Assembly (NCBI GenBank): GCA_963693095.2
Contig: OY843768.1
Location: 800,001 to 864,000, forward strand
Length of the DNA: 64,000 bases
DNA from: Cenarchaeum sp.
GTDB taxonomy: Archaea; Thermoproteota; Nitrososphaeria; Nitrososphaerales; Nitrosopumilaceae
Direction of reading: 5' to 3'
Shown here: positions 9,085 to 18,014 of the stretch, piece by piece
How the letters are laid out: every line of letters starts with the position of its first letter
Numbering within the stretch: the first letter of the stretch is position 1
The notes under the pieces: generated by a model
What the model was told of the DNA's origin: nothing
Databases searched by the model: none
What the model saw: the letters and a program-made list of their open reading frames with translations, nothing else
Made by a program: the position numbers and the translations under genes

Positions 9085-10311
9085 TCACGGGGCGCCAGGA
9101 GGCGCCGGCGGCGGGACATGGCCATCAGGCCCTCCAGGACCGTTCCCCATGCCGCCCTCCCCCATGATGTCCAGGACCTCGCGCGCCGCATAGACGACTG
9201 TCTTTGTGCCAGAGGGCACGCGCTCGAGTATGCCGGCCTTTATGGCGTTGCCGACTATGTGCGTCGTGCTGCGGTTGCCCAGGCCGATGGCCTGCTTTGC
9301 GGCCGGCACGGTCATGCAGGGGTTTTCAAACAGCATGTCCACAATGCGCGCCGCGCTGGGGCTCGAGGTGACTGTGCGCATCCTTGCGACATACTCGGCG
9401 TGCAGGCCCGCAAGGCCTGTCATGGTGCGCAGTCCGGCACCTGCGCGCAGCTCGCACGCGTCAAGAAAGAACGCAATCCAGGCCGGCCATGCGCCAGAGC
9501 CCGCCGCACCGCGTAGGAGGCTGCGGTACTCGGTTTGCCTTGCCCCAAAGTGCTCGCTCAGGTCAAGGACTTGCGACGTGAGGAGGCCGTACTTTCGCAT
9601 CAGCAGCGCAGTGAATATCCTTCCAACCCTGCCGTTGCCTCCCATAAACGGGCTAATTGCCTCAAACTGGCAGTGGGCCACGGCACAGCGCACGAGATCG
9701 GCATCACGGCAGTCCGGCAGGTTGACATATTCCACAAGGTTCTCCATCAGTGGGCCGACCATGTCAGGTGCTGGCGGTGCGCACGTGTTGTGCGCATCAG
9801 GGCTGCCATCCCCGACGACTGGATCCTGGACGCGCCGAAGCTCGCCGGGCACATGTCCGGACTCGGAGCCCTGCGCGTACTGCCTCCCCTCAAAGAGGAG
9901 CTCGTGCGCGCGCGCAATGTCATGCAGGCCAATGTCTGAGCCCTGGTCAGTCGCATCCAGGGTATGGCGCAGCGAGCGAGCCGCAGCCTCGGCGTCGCCC
10001 AGCGCATCGGTCCCGTCACCACGGCGCCGTGGCGCTCCCATTATCATGCGCTGCAAGAGCTCGCCGTGCGTCACGCCTATCCCGTCCATGCGGCAGCTCG
10101 CCACTGCCTCGCCGGCAATGCGCATGGTGGGGCGCGCCGAGGCGCCCCCGCTGACGCCGGCGAGTCCAAACCTCTCGACTGCGGCCACGGCGTCGCCCAG
10201 CCTGCCCTCGGCCCCGTCACCCTCCCAGTGCGCGGCTGCCAGGTCCAGGGGCGCCAGGTCGTGGCCAACGCCGCCCTCATGCGTCCCGTCTCCGGCCGAG
10301 TCTGGCTCCAT
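9085..10311 (-). CDS. Fic/DOC family protein with C-terminal HTH and a degenerate active site
   Basis: PGELR..Q, AVAHCQFEAISPFMGGNGRVGRI, W..WI.FFL, C-terminal wHTH-like; ATG 10311 with TTAATA about 25 bp upstream. Confidence 0.85.
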   Translation of the reverse strand: MEPDSAGDGTHEGGVGHDLAPLDLAAAHWEGDGAEGRLGDAVAAVERFGLAGVSGGASARPTMRIAGEAVASCRMDGIGVTHGELLQRMIMGAPRRRGDGTDALGDAEAAARSLRHTLDATDQGSDIGLHDIARAHELLFEGRQYAQGSESGHVPGELRRVQDPVVGDGSPDAHNTCAPPAPDMVGPLMENLVEYVNLPDCRDADLVRCAVAHCQFEAISPFMGGNGRVGRIFTALLMRKYGLLTSQVLDLSEHFGARQTEYRSLLRGAAGSGAWPAWIAFFLDACELRAGAGLRTMTGLAGLHAEYVARMRTVTSSPSAARIVDMLFENPCMTVPAAKQAIGLGNRSTTHIVGNAIKAGILERVPSGTKTVVYAAREVLDIMGEGGMGNGPGGPDGHVPPPAPPGAP

Positions 10312-10351
10312 GGGCCAATTCGGCGGCAGTCTGCCTATTAATGTCGCGGAC

Positions 10352-10586
10352 ACGTTCAGTAGTTGGTCATGTGCTCGTGGAGGGCACAAAACGGCCCCCG
10401 TGGCCGCCCGAAATGCAAACAGGGCAATTGGGGGGCGGCCCCTGGCGGCCCGCTTGCTTCGAATAGGGGGCCGCCTGACCCTGGTGGCGTTCATGGCCGC
10501 CGTGGCGCTGGACGACGAGTGCGTGCGCTCCCCGGAAGCCGCCCCCCAGGCTGGTCTCCCTGTCAGGCACATGATCGACTAGAGCC
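10352..10586 (+). mobile_element. MITE-like element, copy 1
   Basis: Starts ACGTTCAGTAGTTGGTCATGTGC and ends GCACATGATCGACTAGAGCC; near-identical to the reverse complement of 11349-11581. Confidence 0.75.
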
Positions 10587-10693
10587 TCAGTCGATCATGC
10601 GCTCTAGCCGATCAGCCATGATGCGGCAGCCGCGGGAGGACGCACGGGTCACTCTGCCGATCCAAGCCACGACCGACAGACACGCGCTGCGCG

Positions 10694-11059
10694 TCATCGA
10701 AAGATGTCCCACAGGCCCGTAGTTGAGCGCATAATCTCCACGAACAAGATGACGGCCATGCCGCCCCACACACTGATCGCGACGTTCCACCCATAGCGCC
10801 TCCACCACGTCTCCTTGAACCTCTCCAGTACACATATGCTAACATTGGGGAATGTGTTGTTCAGCTTGCGTTGCACCTTGTGCAACGCAAACGAGTTTGG
10901 CACGCTTACACTAAACACGCATACGCACACATTGCCAGTTTGAACAACAACGCCTACATCAATGGGCCTTTTGAACTGCTCTTCAAATACTGGAACCAAG
11001 TCTTCGACAAGGTTGATGTCATCATGGTATACAACCACAATGGAGATTAGGCGGGTCAT
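10694..11059 (-). CDS. Hypothetical small protein, possible ferredoxin/ACT-like fold with C-terminal TM helix
   Basis: 121-aa ORF, lower GC than the flanks, hydrophobic tail WNVAISVWGGMAVILFVEIM; 10 bp downstream of the upstream ORF. Confidence 0.6.
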   Translation of the reverse strand: MTRLISIVVVYHDDINLVEDLVPVFEEQFKRPIDVGVVVQTGNVCVCVFSVSVPNSFALHKVQRKLNNTFPNVSICVLERFKETWWRRYGWNVAISVWGGMAVILFVEIMRSTTGLWDIFR

Positions 11060-11069
11060 TCACGATCCA

Positions 11070-11306
11070 TCAAGACTCCACCCTCACACTTATGTCGATT
11101 ACGTCCCTGCCCGCCAGCTCTTTGAGCTCTAACATGCGGCCCACGGCGGCGGCAGCGGACGGAAACTCGCGCTCCCCGACATGGTTATATGCCGCATACG
11201 GCGAGGCGTCACTCACCTTACAGTCGTGCATCAGGGCCTTTATGCGTGCACACGCCTCCTTGTCATCCTCGTTACGGCACAAAACATGAAACTTTGCCCT
11301 TGCCAT
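11070..11306 (-). CDS. Hypothetical small protein (78 aa)
   Basis: ATG start with TATA-like TTAATATAT about 25 bp upstream (11331-11340). Confidence 0.65.
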   Translation of the reverse strand: MARAKFHVLCRNEDDKEACARIKALMHDCKVSDASPYAAYNHVGEREFPSAAAAVGRMLELKELAGRDVIDISVRVES

Positions 11307-11348
11307 GATGGCAGGGCGAGCAGGCGGCGAATATATTAATGATTTGGT

Positions 11349-11581
11349 GGCTCCAGTAGTCGATCATGTGCCTGACAGGGAGACCAGCCGGGGGGCTTCC
11401 GGGGGCGCACGCACTCGTCGTCCGGCGCCACGGCGGCCATGAACGCCACCAGGGTCAGGCGGCCCCTTGTTCGAAGCAAGCGGGTCACCCGAGGCCGCCC
11501 CCCAATTGTCCTGTTTGCGTTTCGGGCGGCCACGGGGGCCGTTTTGTGCCCTCCCCGAGCACATGACCAACTACTGAACGT
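11349..11581 (-). mobile_element. MITE-like element, copy 2 (inverted relative to copy 1), with 18-bp imperfect TIRs
   Basis: CAGTAGTCGATCATGTGC (11354) ... GCACATGACCAACTACTG (11576): 16/18 inverted match. Confidence 0.75.
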
Positions 11582-11664
11582 TGCGCCGCGCGCACAATTG
11601 CCACGGGGCAGGCGCACGAGGGGCAGAATCAGAGATATATTCGCGCGCCGCAGCGGGGTGCGGC

Positions 11665-12021
11665 ATGGAGTTTCACCCGTCGATGGTGCCACTGGGCCCC
11701 ACGTACGACGTGGCCGACGAGCGCGGGGCCGCCGAGGCCGCCGGCGAGATCGCCTCGGCGTGGTCGCCGGGATCAGGCAAGGGCTTCAAGGTCCTCATGC
11801 CAAAGGAGAAAAAGCTCGCACAGAGGATGGGCCACACGGTCATGACGACGGTCAGCTATATGCTGCGAAAGGCCGGCATGGAGCGCGACGTCAGGTACTG
11901 GGTGTACCACGAGGACGCCGAGCACTATGCCATAGTCCTCGTCGACTCGGCGACGCTAGCGGGGATCGAGTCCAAGGCGGAGCTTGCCGGAGATGAGTCC
12001 GGCGATGAGAAGCCCAAGTAG
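11665..12021 (+). CDS. Conserved hypothetical protein
   Basis: ATG 11665 with GATATAT upstream; host-like codon usage. Confidence 0.7.
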   Translation: MEFHPSMVPLGPTYDVADERGAAEAAGEIASAWSPGSGKGFKVLMPKEKKLAQRMGHTVMTTVSYMLRKAGMERDVRYWVYHEDAEHYAIVLVDSATLAGIESKAELAGDESGDEKPK

Positions 12022-12615
12022 TGCACCGCCAATGACATCAGACGGATAGTGCTGCAGGACATACACGCGCGAGACCGAGACCATTGCCGGATAGAGCAGC
12101 ATGAGGTATGCGGCCGCGCCCAGTCTCGGGTACAGCGCGGCTCCAAGGACGAGCCCAAAGACTGCGGCGCGCGAGGCGTGGCCTGACGGGAATGACGCCG
12201 AGTATCCGCCCTCGCAAAAGAGCGAGTACGTGTCTGCGCCAATGCCGAGCGGCAATGTTGCGCCCATGTACTCTAGGCCGGGCCTGTCGCGCTCTATGCC
12301 GCACTTTGCGTATCCTGTGGCGAGTGTCGCGATGACAAGGGAGATCATTATTGCGAGGCCAATTTTCCGTGTTGGCCTGATGATGAGTATGATGACGCCA
12401 AAGATGAACATATAGTAAATGTCGCCAGTCTCGGTGATCACGTGCATGATGAGGTCTGCCGTGTCGTTCTGCCCGCTGACTGTCTGTGTGGCCTCGATGA
12501 CTGCCTCATCGAGCGGGGTGAGGACGCCCTGCATGACGAGGAGCGTCGTGGCCACGAGGAGAACCGAGAGGAGCGCCGTGGGGCGTGACCTCACCTCGAA
12601 TGCCCAGCTGCGCAT
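11956..12615 (-). CDS. Phosphatase PAP2 family protein
   Basis: K....R.RP, SFPSGH, SRVYVLQHYPSDV motifs. Confidence 0.93.
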   Translation of the reverse strand: MRSWAFEVRSRPTALLSVLLVATTLLVMQGVLTPLDEAVIEATQTVSGQNDTADLIMHVITETGDIYYMFIFGVIILIIRPTRKIGLAIMISLVIATLATGYAKCGIERDRPGLEYMGATLPLGIGADTYSLFCEGGYSASFPSGHASRAAVFGLVLGAALYPRLGAAAYLMLLYPAMVSVSRVYVLQHYPSDVIGGALLGLLIAGLISGKLRLGLDPR

Positions 12616-12671
12616 GACGCGCGGGAGGAAAAGGCGGGTATTAATCATTTAGGCGCAAGGACAAAACAAAA

Positions 12672-13125
12672 TCACAGTAATGTCAGCACAAGACGATGTA
12701 AAACCGCCATATATTGGCCATTGGACACACCTGCTAGCAAAATTTCACACATGCACGAACTATCACAAATTAACAGTAGAGAGAACACAAGGTTTGAATC
12801 AGAATTCCACACGGAGACGTTTATCAATAGACCAAACGCCATAGCATAAATACACTGATCGGCGAAATGCAGCACCGGGTTTTGACAGAGGCTGCCGAAA
12901 AACCACACAGATTGCGTTAGATCAGCCATGGTGATCGGAAACAGCCACTGTACAAGATAAAGCAGGCCAATAGCCCCAAACAGCGAAAGGGCAAGATCCA
13001 ATGATCAGCGGTTGATAAATACTATGTCAGATCTAGGGTCAAATTATGAACAAAACGCACCGATAATCGAATGAAGCATGAAAACTAATAAACCCCCAAG
13101 TATCGCATGGCGATAGCCATGATGG
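12672..13125 (-). pseudogene. Probable decayed membrane-protein gene at the R-M island edge
   Basis: Hydrophobic frame ILGGLLVFMLHSIIGAFCS*...INR*SLDLALSLFGAIGLLYLVQW continues through two in-frame stops into ORF 12672-13001. Confidence 0.35.
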
Positions 13126-13629
13126 AATTAAAGCCCGGTCTGGCGGCAGGTAACGCAGTGCAAATAGCACATCCCCAGAACAAGCAAACACAAAACTATG
13201 AGGCAAAATTTAGCACTAATGAGTGGCATTATCAAAGGATCGAGAGTTTCCACACAGACACATATGCACGAATTGTGAAAAATATGAAAAGTGTCAATAA
13301 TATGTATCCAGTATGTGAAACGTGTCTAGAATCGGACGCCCGGCAACGCCCAGAGCCAAGGCAAGTGAATAGAATCTGGAAGCAGAGCATTTTCACTAGG
13401 GGGGGGGGGGCAAGTGTCAAACAGGCCATAATTATTCACAAAAATTAAAAAACGAACCCATAAGCGACAAATCGTCAAACGCAATTATATACAATATATG
13501 GCTACATGAAAGAAAATGTGTTGATTTGTATAATAGTTGTAAATACGAACAAGTGTGCAACATAGTACATTCAACCAATATCAACAAACAAAAAAAGATC
13601 ATACATCAATATGTAAGGAATGAAATAGC

Positions 13630-14697
13630 ATGAACAAAAAATCACCTGCAAATAAAAATTTGAATGTGTTAGATCTGTTTGCTGGAGCAGGGGGATTAAG
13701 CTATGGATTGCAATTAGCTGGATGTAATGTAATTGCCGGAATTGATAAAGATGCTGATTGTAAAGAAACGTTTTTGAAAAATCATCCCAATTCAAAATAT
13801 CTTACCAAAGACATAAAAACAATATGTAGGAAAGACATATACGATATCATTGGAAAAAATAACATAGACATAATTGTTGGGGGGCCGCCATGCCAAGGAT
13901 TTAGCATATCAGGCAAACGTATAGAACACGATCCTCGAAATCAGCTATACAATCATTTTTTAAAAATAATAGATGTGATCAAACCACAGGCAGTTTTAGT
14001 AGAAAATGTTCCAGGATTACGCACGTTATTTAATGGTACAATATTAGATGATTTGTTGACAAAACTACAAACACGGAGATATAATGTTAATGTGAGTATA
14101 TTGTCATCAGAAAGATACGGTGTGCCACAAGCACGTAAACGGATATTCATAGTGGGGATAAAAGGAGAACACTACAGATTTCCCAAACCAAGCAATAAAC
14201 AAATTACATTGTGGGATGCCATAAGTGATCTTCCACTATTGAATAAAAATATCACATCAACAGAATATCGTTCGAAACCAAAAAACAAATATCAAGAATT
14301 TATGCGAAAAGAGTCCAATCATATATCAAACCACACTGCAACAAAACATACCAAACAAACAAAAAGGATAATATCTATGGTCCCGGAAGGTAAAAATTAT
14401 AAAGCACTTCCAAAACACTTACAAAAAATTCGTAATGTTCACATTGCATGGACTAGACTGGATAGTTCAAAACCTTCGTTGACCATCGATACTGGTCATC
14501 GTCACCACTTTCATCCCAAAGCAAATAGAGTGCCAACAGTGAGGGAATCAGCCAGAATACAGTCTTTCCCAGATAACTTTAGATTTTTTGGGAATAAGAC
14601 CTCACAATATCGTCAGGTCGGAAATGCAGTACCACCGTTGTTAGCATTGAAGCTTGGGGAGAGACTATTAGAAACATTGGGTGGCAATCATGTATAA
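13630..14697 (+). CDS. DNA (cytosine-5)-methyltransferase 1
   Basis: DLFAGAGG, GGPPCQGFS, ENV, PQARKR, RESARIQSFPD, YRQVGNAV. Confidence 0.96.
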   Translation: MNKKSPANKNLNVLDLFAGAGGLSYGLQLAGCNVIAGIDKDADCKETFLKNHPNSKYLTKDIKTICRKDIYDIIGKNNIDIIVGGPPCQGFSISGKRIEHDPRNQLYNHFLKIIDVIKPQAVLVENVPGLRTLFNGTILDDLLTKLQTRRYNVNVSILSSERYGVPQARKRIFIVGIKGEHYRFPKPSNKQITLWDAISDLPLLNKNITSTEYRSKPKNKYQEFMRKESNHISNHTATKHTKQTKRIISMVPEGKNYKALPKHLQKIRNVHIAWTRLDSSKPSLTIDTGHRHHFHPKANRVPTVRESARIQSFPDNFRFFGNKTSQYRQVGNAVPPLLALKLGERLLETLGGNHV

Positions 14698-16141
14698 TGT
14701 TCCGTCCAAATATCAATTTAGAATACACCACATACGACCAAGGTTTAAGAACAGCATAGAAGATGTAATTATATTTATGGGAACGAACATAGCTTATATG
14801 AAACCAAATAAAAAAATAGAATTCGACAAGGAATTAGATAAAAAAATTAGGATGTATCCAGGCAATACAAGACGAACGGAAAAAACTATTTGCAATTGGA
14901 GAACCGAGATATCATCAATATTTGGATTTGTGATGGAAAATAAAAATGGCGAAATGTGCGCAGGAGACAATGCAGTAATGCTTGCCGAGCATCAAGATTT
15001 AGTAGAATTTTTCAAATATTTCACATATTTGTTTCAGTATCCCGGCGGACATATGAAGCCTGAAAAAACTCACGAGGTGATCAAAAAAAGGATAAAGTTT
15101 AAACCTGCACAATACATCATAAACGTTTTGTGGTCGGCAAATAATCGGTTTGGAAAATCATGGGGCATAACACGGGCAGAAACAACTCATTGTATTTTTA
15201 ATGATTTGAGAGTAACGAGAGATCATCGAAATGTTGATGAAATTATAGATTTGATTACACAAAACCGTGAAAATAAACAGCAGTACGATTGTAAAGGAGA
15301 TGTGATTAGATATGCCGGGGATATTCTCGACTATATGGTTCATGCAAACATATTATATTTGAAACCATCAGGTAAATATCATTTAAATGTAAACGAATCA
15401 GACACAATAAATCTTTTTAAAGATAACAACATATGGTTTAAGGGATTTGATAAATTATACGGTGTGGATAATTCTATAAATGATATTCGTAAAATATATA
15501 AAAAATGGTTTTTGTATGTAAATAGCCATGCAGGTAAAATAGAATTTGGAGAAAATAAAATAAAGACAGAAATACGACAAACAGCTAAACGCCAGACAGA
15601 TGACATAATTAAAGAATGTGCAGCGATAGGAAAAAGTGAGCACATAGCTGTAGAAATTGACTCAATTTTGAATAATCCAAATAAATCACCAAAAATCACT
15701 GGCGACACCGGAGAGGCGTTAGCACATAATCATGAATGTGAAGTACTTCGACTCAATAACAATAAACAGCTAATACACAAAATCATCAAACTTCCCAATA
15801 GCTTTGCTATGGGCTATGACATAAAATCATTTAATTCAAAACAAGTATTCAAACATATTGAAGTAAAGACCACGTCAAGCAAACACGCATTACGAATAAA
15901 GACTGTTCATTTAACAGATAATGAATGGGACGCTGCACATCATTATGGGTCAAGCTATTACATATACAGAATCACAATATTTGAACGTGATGAAAAAGCA
16001 TCTGCCGAGCTATACATTGTAAAAGACCCAGTACAACAAGCAAAAAATGGAAAATTATCAGTGAACGTAAATAATGGTGTGAATATTCTGTTTAAAGACG
16101 GGGCTGGGGAAAAAGTAGAGTTGTTACAATGGAAAAAATAA
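14690..16141 (+). CDS. Putative type II restriction endonuclease with C-terminal DUF3883/NOV_C PD-(D/E)xK domain
   Basis: G..GE, GYDIKS...IEVKTT, LTDNEW..A, YYIYR; overlaps both MTase genes. Confidence 0.85.
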   Translation: MYNVPSKYQFRIHHIRPRFKNSIEDVIIFMGTNIAYMKPNKKIEFDKELDKKIRMYPGNTRRTEKTICNWRTEISSIFGFVMENKNGEMCAGDNAVMLAEHQDLVEFFKYFTYLFQYPGGHMKPEKTHEVIKKRIKFKPAQYIINVLWSANNRFGKSWGITRAETTHCIFNDLRVTRDHRNVDEIIDLITQNRENKQQYDCKGDVIRYAGDILDYMVHANILYLKPSGKYHLNVNESDTINLFKDNNIWFKGFDKLYGVDNSINDIRKIYKKWFLYVNSHAGKIEFGENKIKTEIRQTAKRQTDDIIKECAAIGKSEHIAVEIDSILNNPNKSPKITGDTGEALAHNHECEVLRLNNNKQLIHKIIKLPNSFAMGYDIKSFNSKQVFKHIEVKTTSSKHALRIKTVHLTDNEWDAAHHYGSSYYIYRITIFERDEKASAELYIVKDPVQQAKNGKLSVNVNNGVNILFKDGAGEKVELLQWKK

Positions 16142-17118
16142 GAATAGCGTCATTATTTACAGGATGTGGGGGAATGGATCTTGGGATACAGGGAGGATTC
16201 AGATATTTGGGGAAGTATTATTCCAAAAACCCAATTCAGCACGTATTTGCCAATGACATAGAACAGGGAGCATGTGACATATTTAGGGACAATTTTAATA
16301 CACCCATTACAAAAATGGATATGAAGCACGTCTCAACGACTAACATACCAGATCACGATATACTTATTGCAGGATTTCCGTGTCAGTCATTTTCAATTGT
16401 GGCACAGAATCCAGTCCGATTAGGAATAAAATCAGACAATGGAATACTATTTAGAGAGATGATCAGGGTGTTAAAAGATAAAAAACCATTGTGTTTCATA
16501 GCAGAAAATGTAAAAGGAATATTATCCGCAAACAATAAAAAAGCATTCCCGCTAATCATAAATGAATTTAAAAATGCTGGATACACGGTAGAGTGGAAGT
16601 TGGTCAATTCAGCAAATTTTGGAATTCCACAACGGCGTGAACGAGTATTTATAATTGGATTCAGAAACCAACTGAACAAAAAACCAGTAATTACCATACC
16701 GGATCTAAAATTAACACCATTAAAAAAAGTGTTATTAGATCGAGAGTCAATTGATAAACGTTATTACTTCAGTAAAAAAGCAATTGAGGGGTTAAAACGG
16801 TCATGTAAAAATCATCCAGATATGAACAAAGGCAGATTTCAAGATAGAGACGCACCTAGCGCCACAATGAGTGCGCATCTTTGTAAAGCTAGTTTAAACA
16901 GCATGGATCCAGTATTAAAAGAAGGTAGAAGATTCAGGAGATTCACACCTAGAGAAGTGGCCAGAATTCAATCATTTCCAGATGAGTTTAAGCTCAACAC
17001 ATCTGATAAAAAACAATATGTCGCACTAGGTAATGCAGTACCCCCAATAGTAATGTGGCACATATCAAAATCAGTTTTACGGCAGATCAAAGCTCTAAAA
17101 CAGAATCAAGAAAAATAG
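16129..17118 (+). CDS. DNA (cytosine-5)-methyltransferase 2
   Basis: SLFTGCGGMD, GFPCQSFS, ENVKG, PQRRER, REVARIQSFPD, LGNAV. Confidence 0.96.
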   Translation: MEKIRIASLFTGCGGMDLGIQGGFRYLGKYYSKNPIQHVFANDIEQGACDIFRDNFNTPITKMDMKHVSTTNIPDHDILIAGFPCQSFSIVAQNPVRLGIKSDNGILFREMIRVLKDKKPLCFIAENVKGILSANNKKAFPLIINEFKNAGYTVEWKLVNSANFGIPQRRERVFIIGFRNQLNKKPVITIPDLKLTPLKKVLLDRESIDKRYYFSKKAIEGLKRSCKNHPDMNKGRFQDRDAPSATMSAHLCKASLNSMDPVLKEGRRFRRFTPREVARIQSFPDEFKLNTSDKKQYVALGNAVPPIVMWHISKSVLRQIKALKQNQEK

Positions 17119-17178
17119 TTTATAAAATCGAAGTTTTACGTTATGGACTAACGGGGAAATCAATGGCAGGCCGTACGG

Positions 17179-17772
17179 CTAAACAGGAAACTTCATCCCA
17201 AGCACACGCCTCGTGGTGTCCGCGGCATCGGCCAGGCCCATGACCACTTGCCAGTTGTCAGGCTCGGCGATGATGTCGGCCACCTTTGGGGGCAGGCCGC
17301 CCCTCCAGTCATCATTGCCGCCCAGGGCCGCCCTGTACATCCTGTCTCGCACACCAGTCGCCGAGACGGACTTGCGCGTCCCCACAATCGGGCGCAGTCC
17401 ATAGACCTTTAGCGCAAGCCACTCGGCCCTGTCGCCCGTGTACGTGAAATAGTCATCACCGGCCTCGGCCACTATGCCCTGCCGCAGGCTCCAGGACGCG
17501 CGCGAGAGCAGCGGCGGCAGATAGCGCGAAAAGGGGGCCGTGAACGTGTATGCGCGCGAGACAGAGACCGAGTCCCCAAACAGCGCCCTGACCATCCGCT
17601 TGCGCGCATCATACGTGAACGGAAAGCTGCGGCTGTTGACCTCGGTCCCGTCACGCATGAACGTGACGGGCATGACGATGACCGAGTCGGCCATGCCGCG
17701 CAGCTCGGAGATTATCTGCTCGTGGGCCACGGTCACGGGGTTTATGTGCGCAAGGTACAGTGCCGTCTTCAA
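17179..17772 (-). CDS. Cytidylyltransferase-like (HIGH superfamily) nucleotidyltransferase
   Basis: AHINPVTVAH, PFTY..R..M, VSAT.VR. Confidence 0.8.
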   Translation of the reverse strand: MKTALYLAHINPVTVAHEQIISELRGMADSVIVMPVTFMRDGTEVNSRSFPFTYDARKRMVRALFGDSVSVSRAYTFTAPFSRYLPPLLSRASWSLRQGIVAEAGDDYFTYTGDRAEWLALKVYGLRPIVGTRKSVSATGVRDRMYRAALGGNDDWRGGLPPKVADIIAEPDNWQVVMGLADAADTTRRVLGMKFPV

Positions 17773-17873
17773 CGCCCCACGTGCGGGGTGCTGCCGTATT
17801 TCAAGGTGTGGCGCAAGTCCGGAGACCCGGCGCCCAAACGGTTTTTAGCGCCGCCACAAGGGGAGCGCACGCC

Positions 17874-18014
17874 ATGAAGGATCCCGTCTGCGGAATGGAG
17901 GTCAGCGAGGGCGCCGAGGCAGTCACGGGTCCGGACGGCAAGACGCACCGCTTTTGCTGCGCGGCGTGCCGCTGGGCCTTTGAGCGGGATCCCGAGAGGT
18001 TCTCTAGACCATGA
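17874..18014 (+). CDS. YHS/TRASH domain protein
   Basis: MKDPVCGMEV...FCC..C...F...PERF. Confidence 0.9.
   Translation: MKDPVCGMEVSEGAEAVTGPDGKTHRFCCAACRWAFERDPERFSRP

Larger units (their letters stand above)
12660..17170. mobile_element. AT-rich horizontally acquired restriction-modification island
   Basis: Abrupt drop in GC relative to the flanks; no integrase or att repeats seen. Confidence 0.8.

Noticed and set aside
10312-10572. 87-aa N-terminal extension of the Fic ORF, and ORFs 11336-11692 and 11439-11996
   Set aside because: These are translations of the GC-rich repeat element; a TATA box supports ATG 10311 as the Fic start.
9206-10582. 458-aa plus-strand ORF and similar long antisense ORFs over the synthetase genes
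   Set aside because: Antisense shadows in GC-rich coding DNA.
13107-13448. 113-aa ORF as an R-M controller (C) protein
   Set aside because: No HTH signature; it runs through a G12 tract and overlaps a probable pseudogene.
17147-17197. Possible att-like duplication at the right edge of the R-M island (CTAACGGGGAAA vs CTAAACAGGAAA)
   Set aside because: Too short and mismatched, with no counterpart seen at the left edge.
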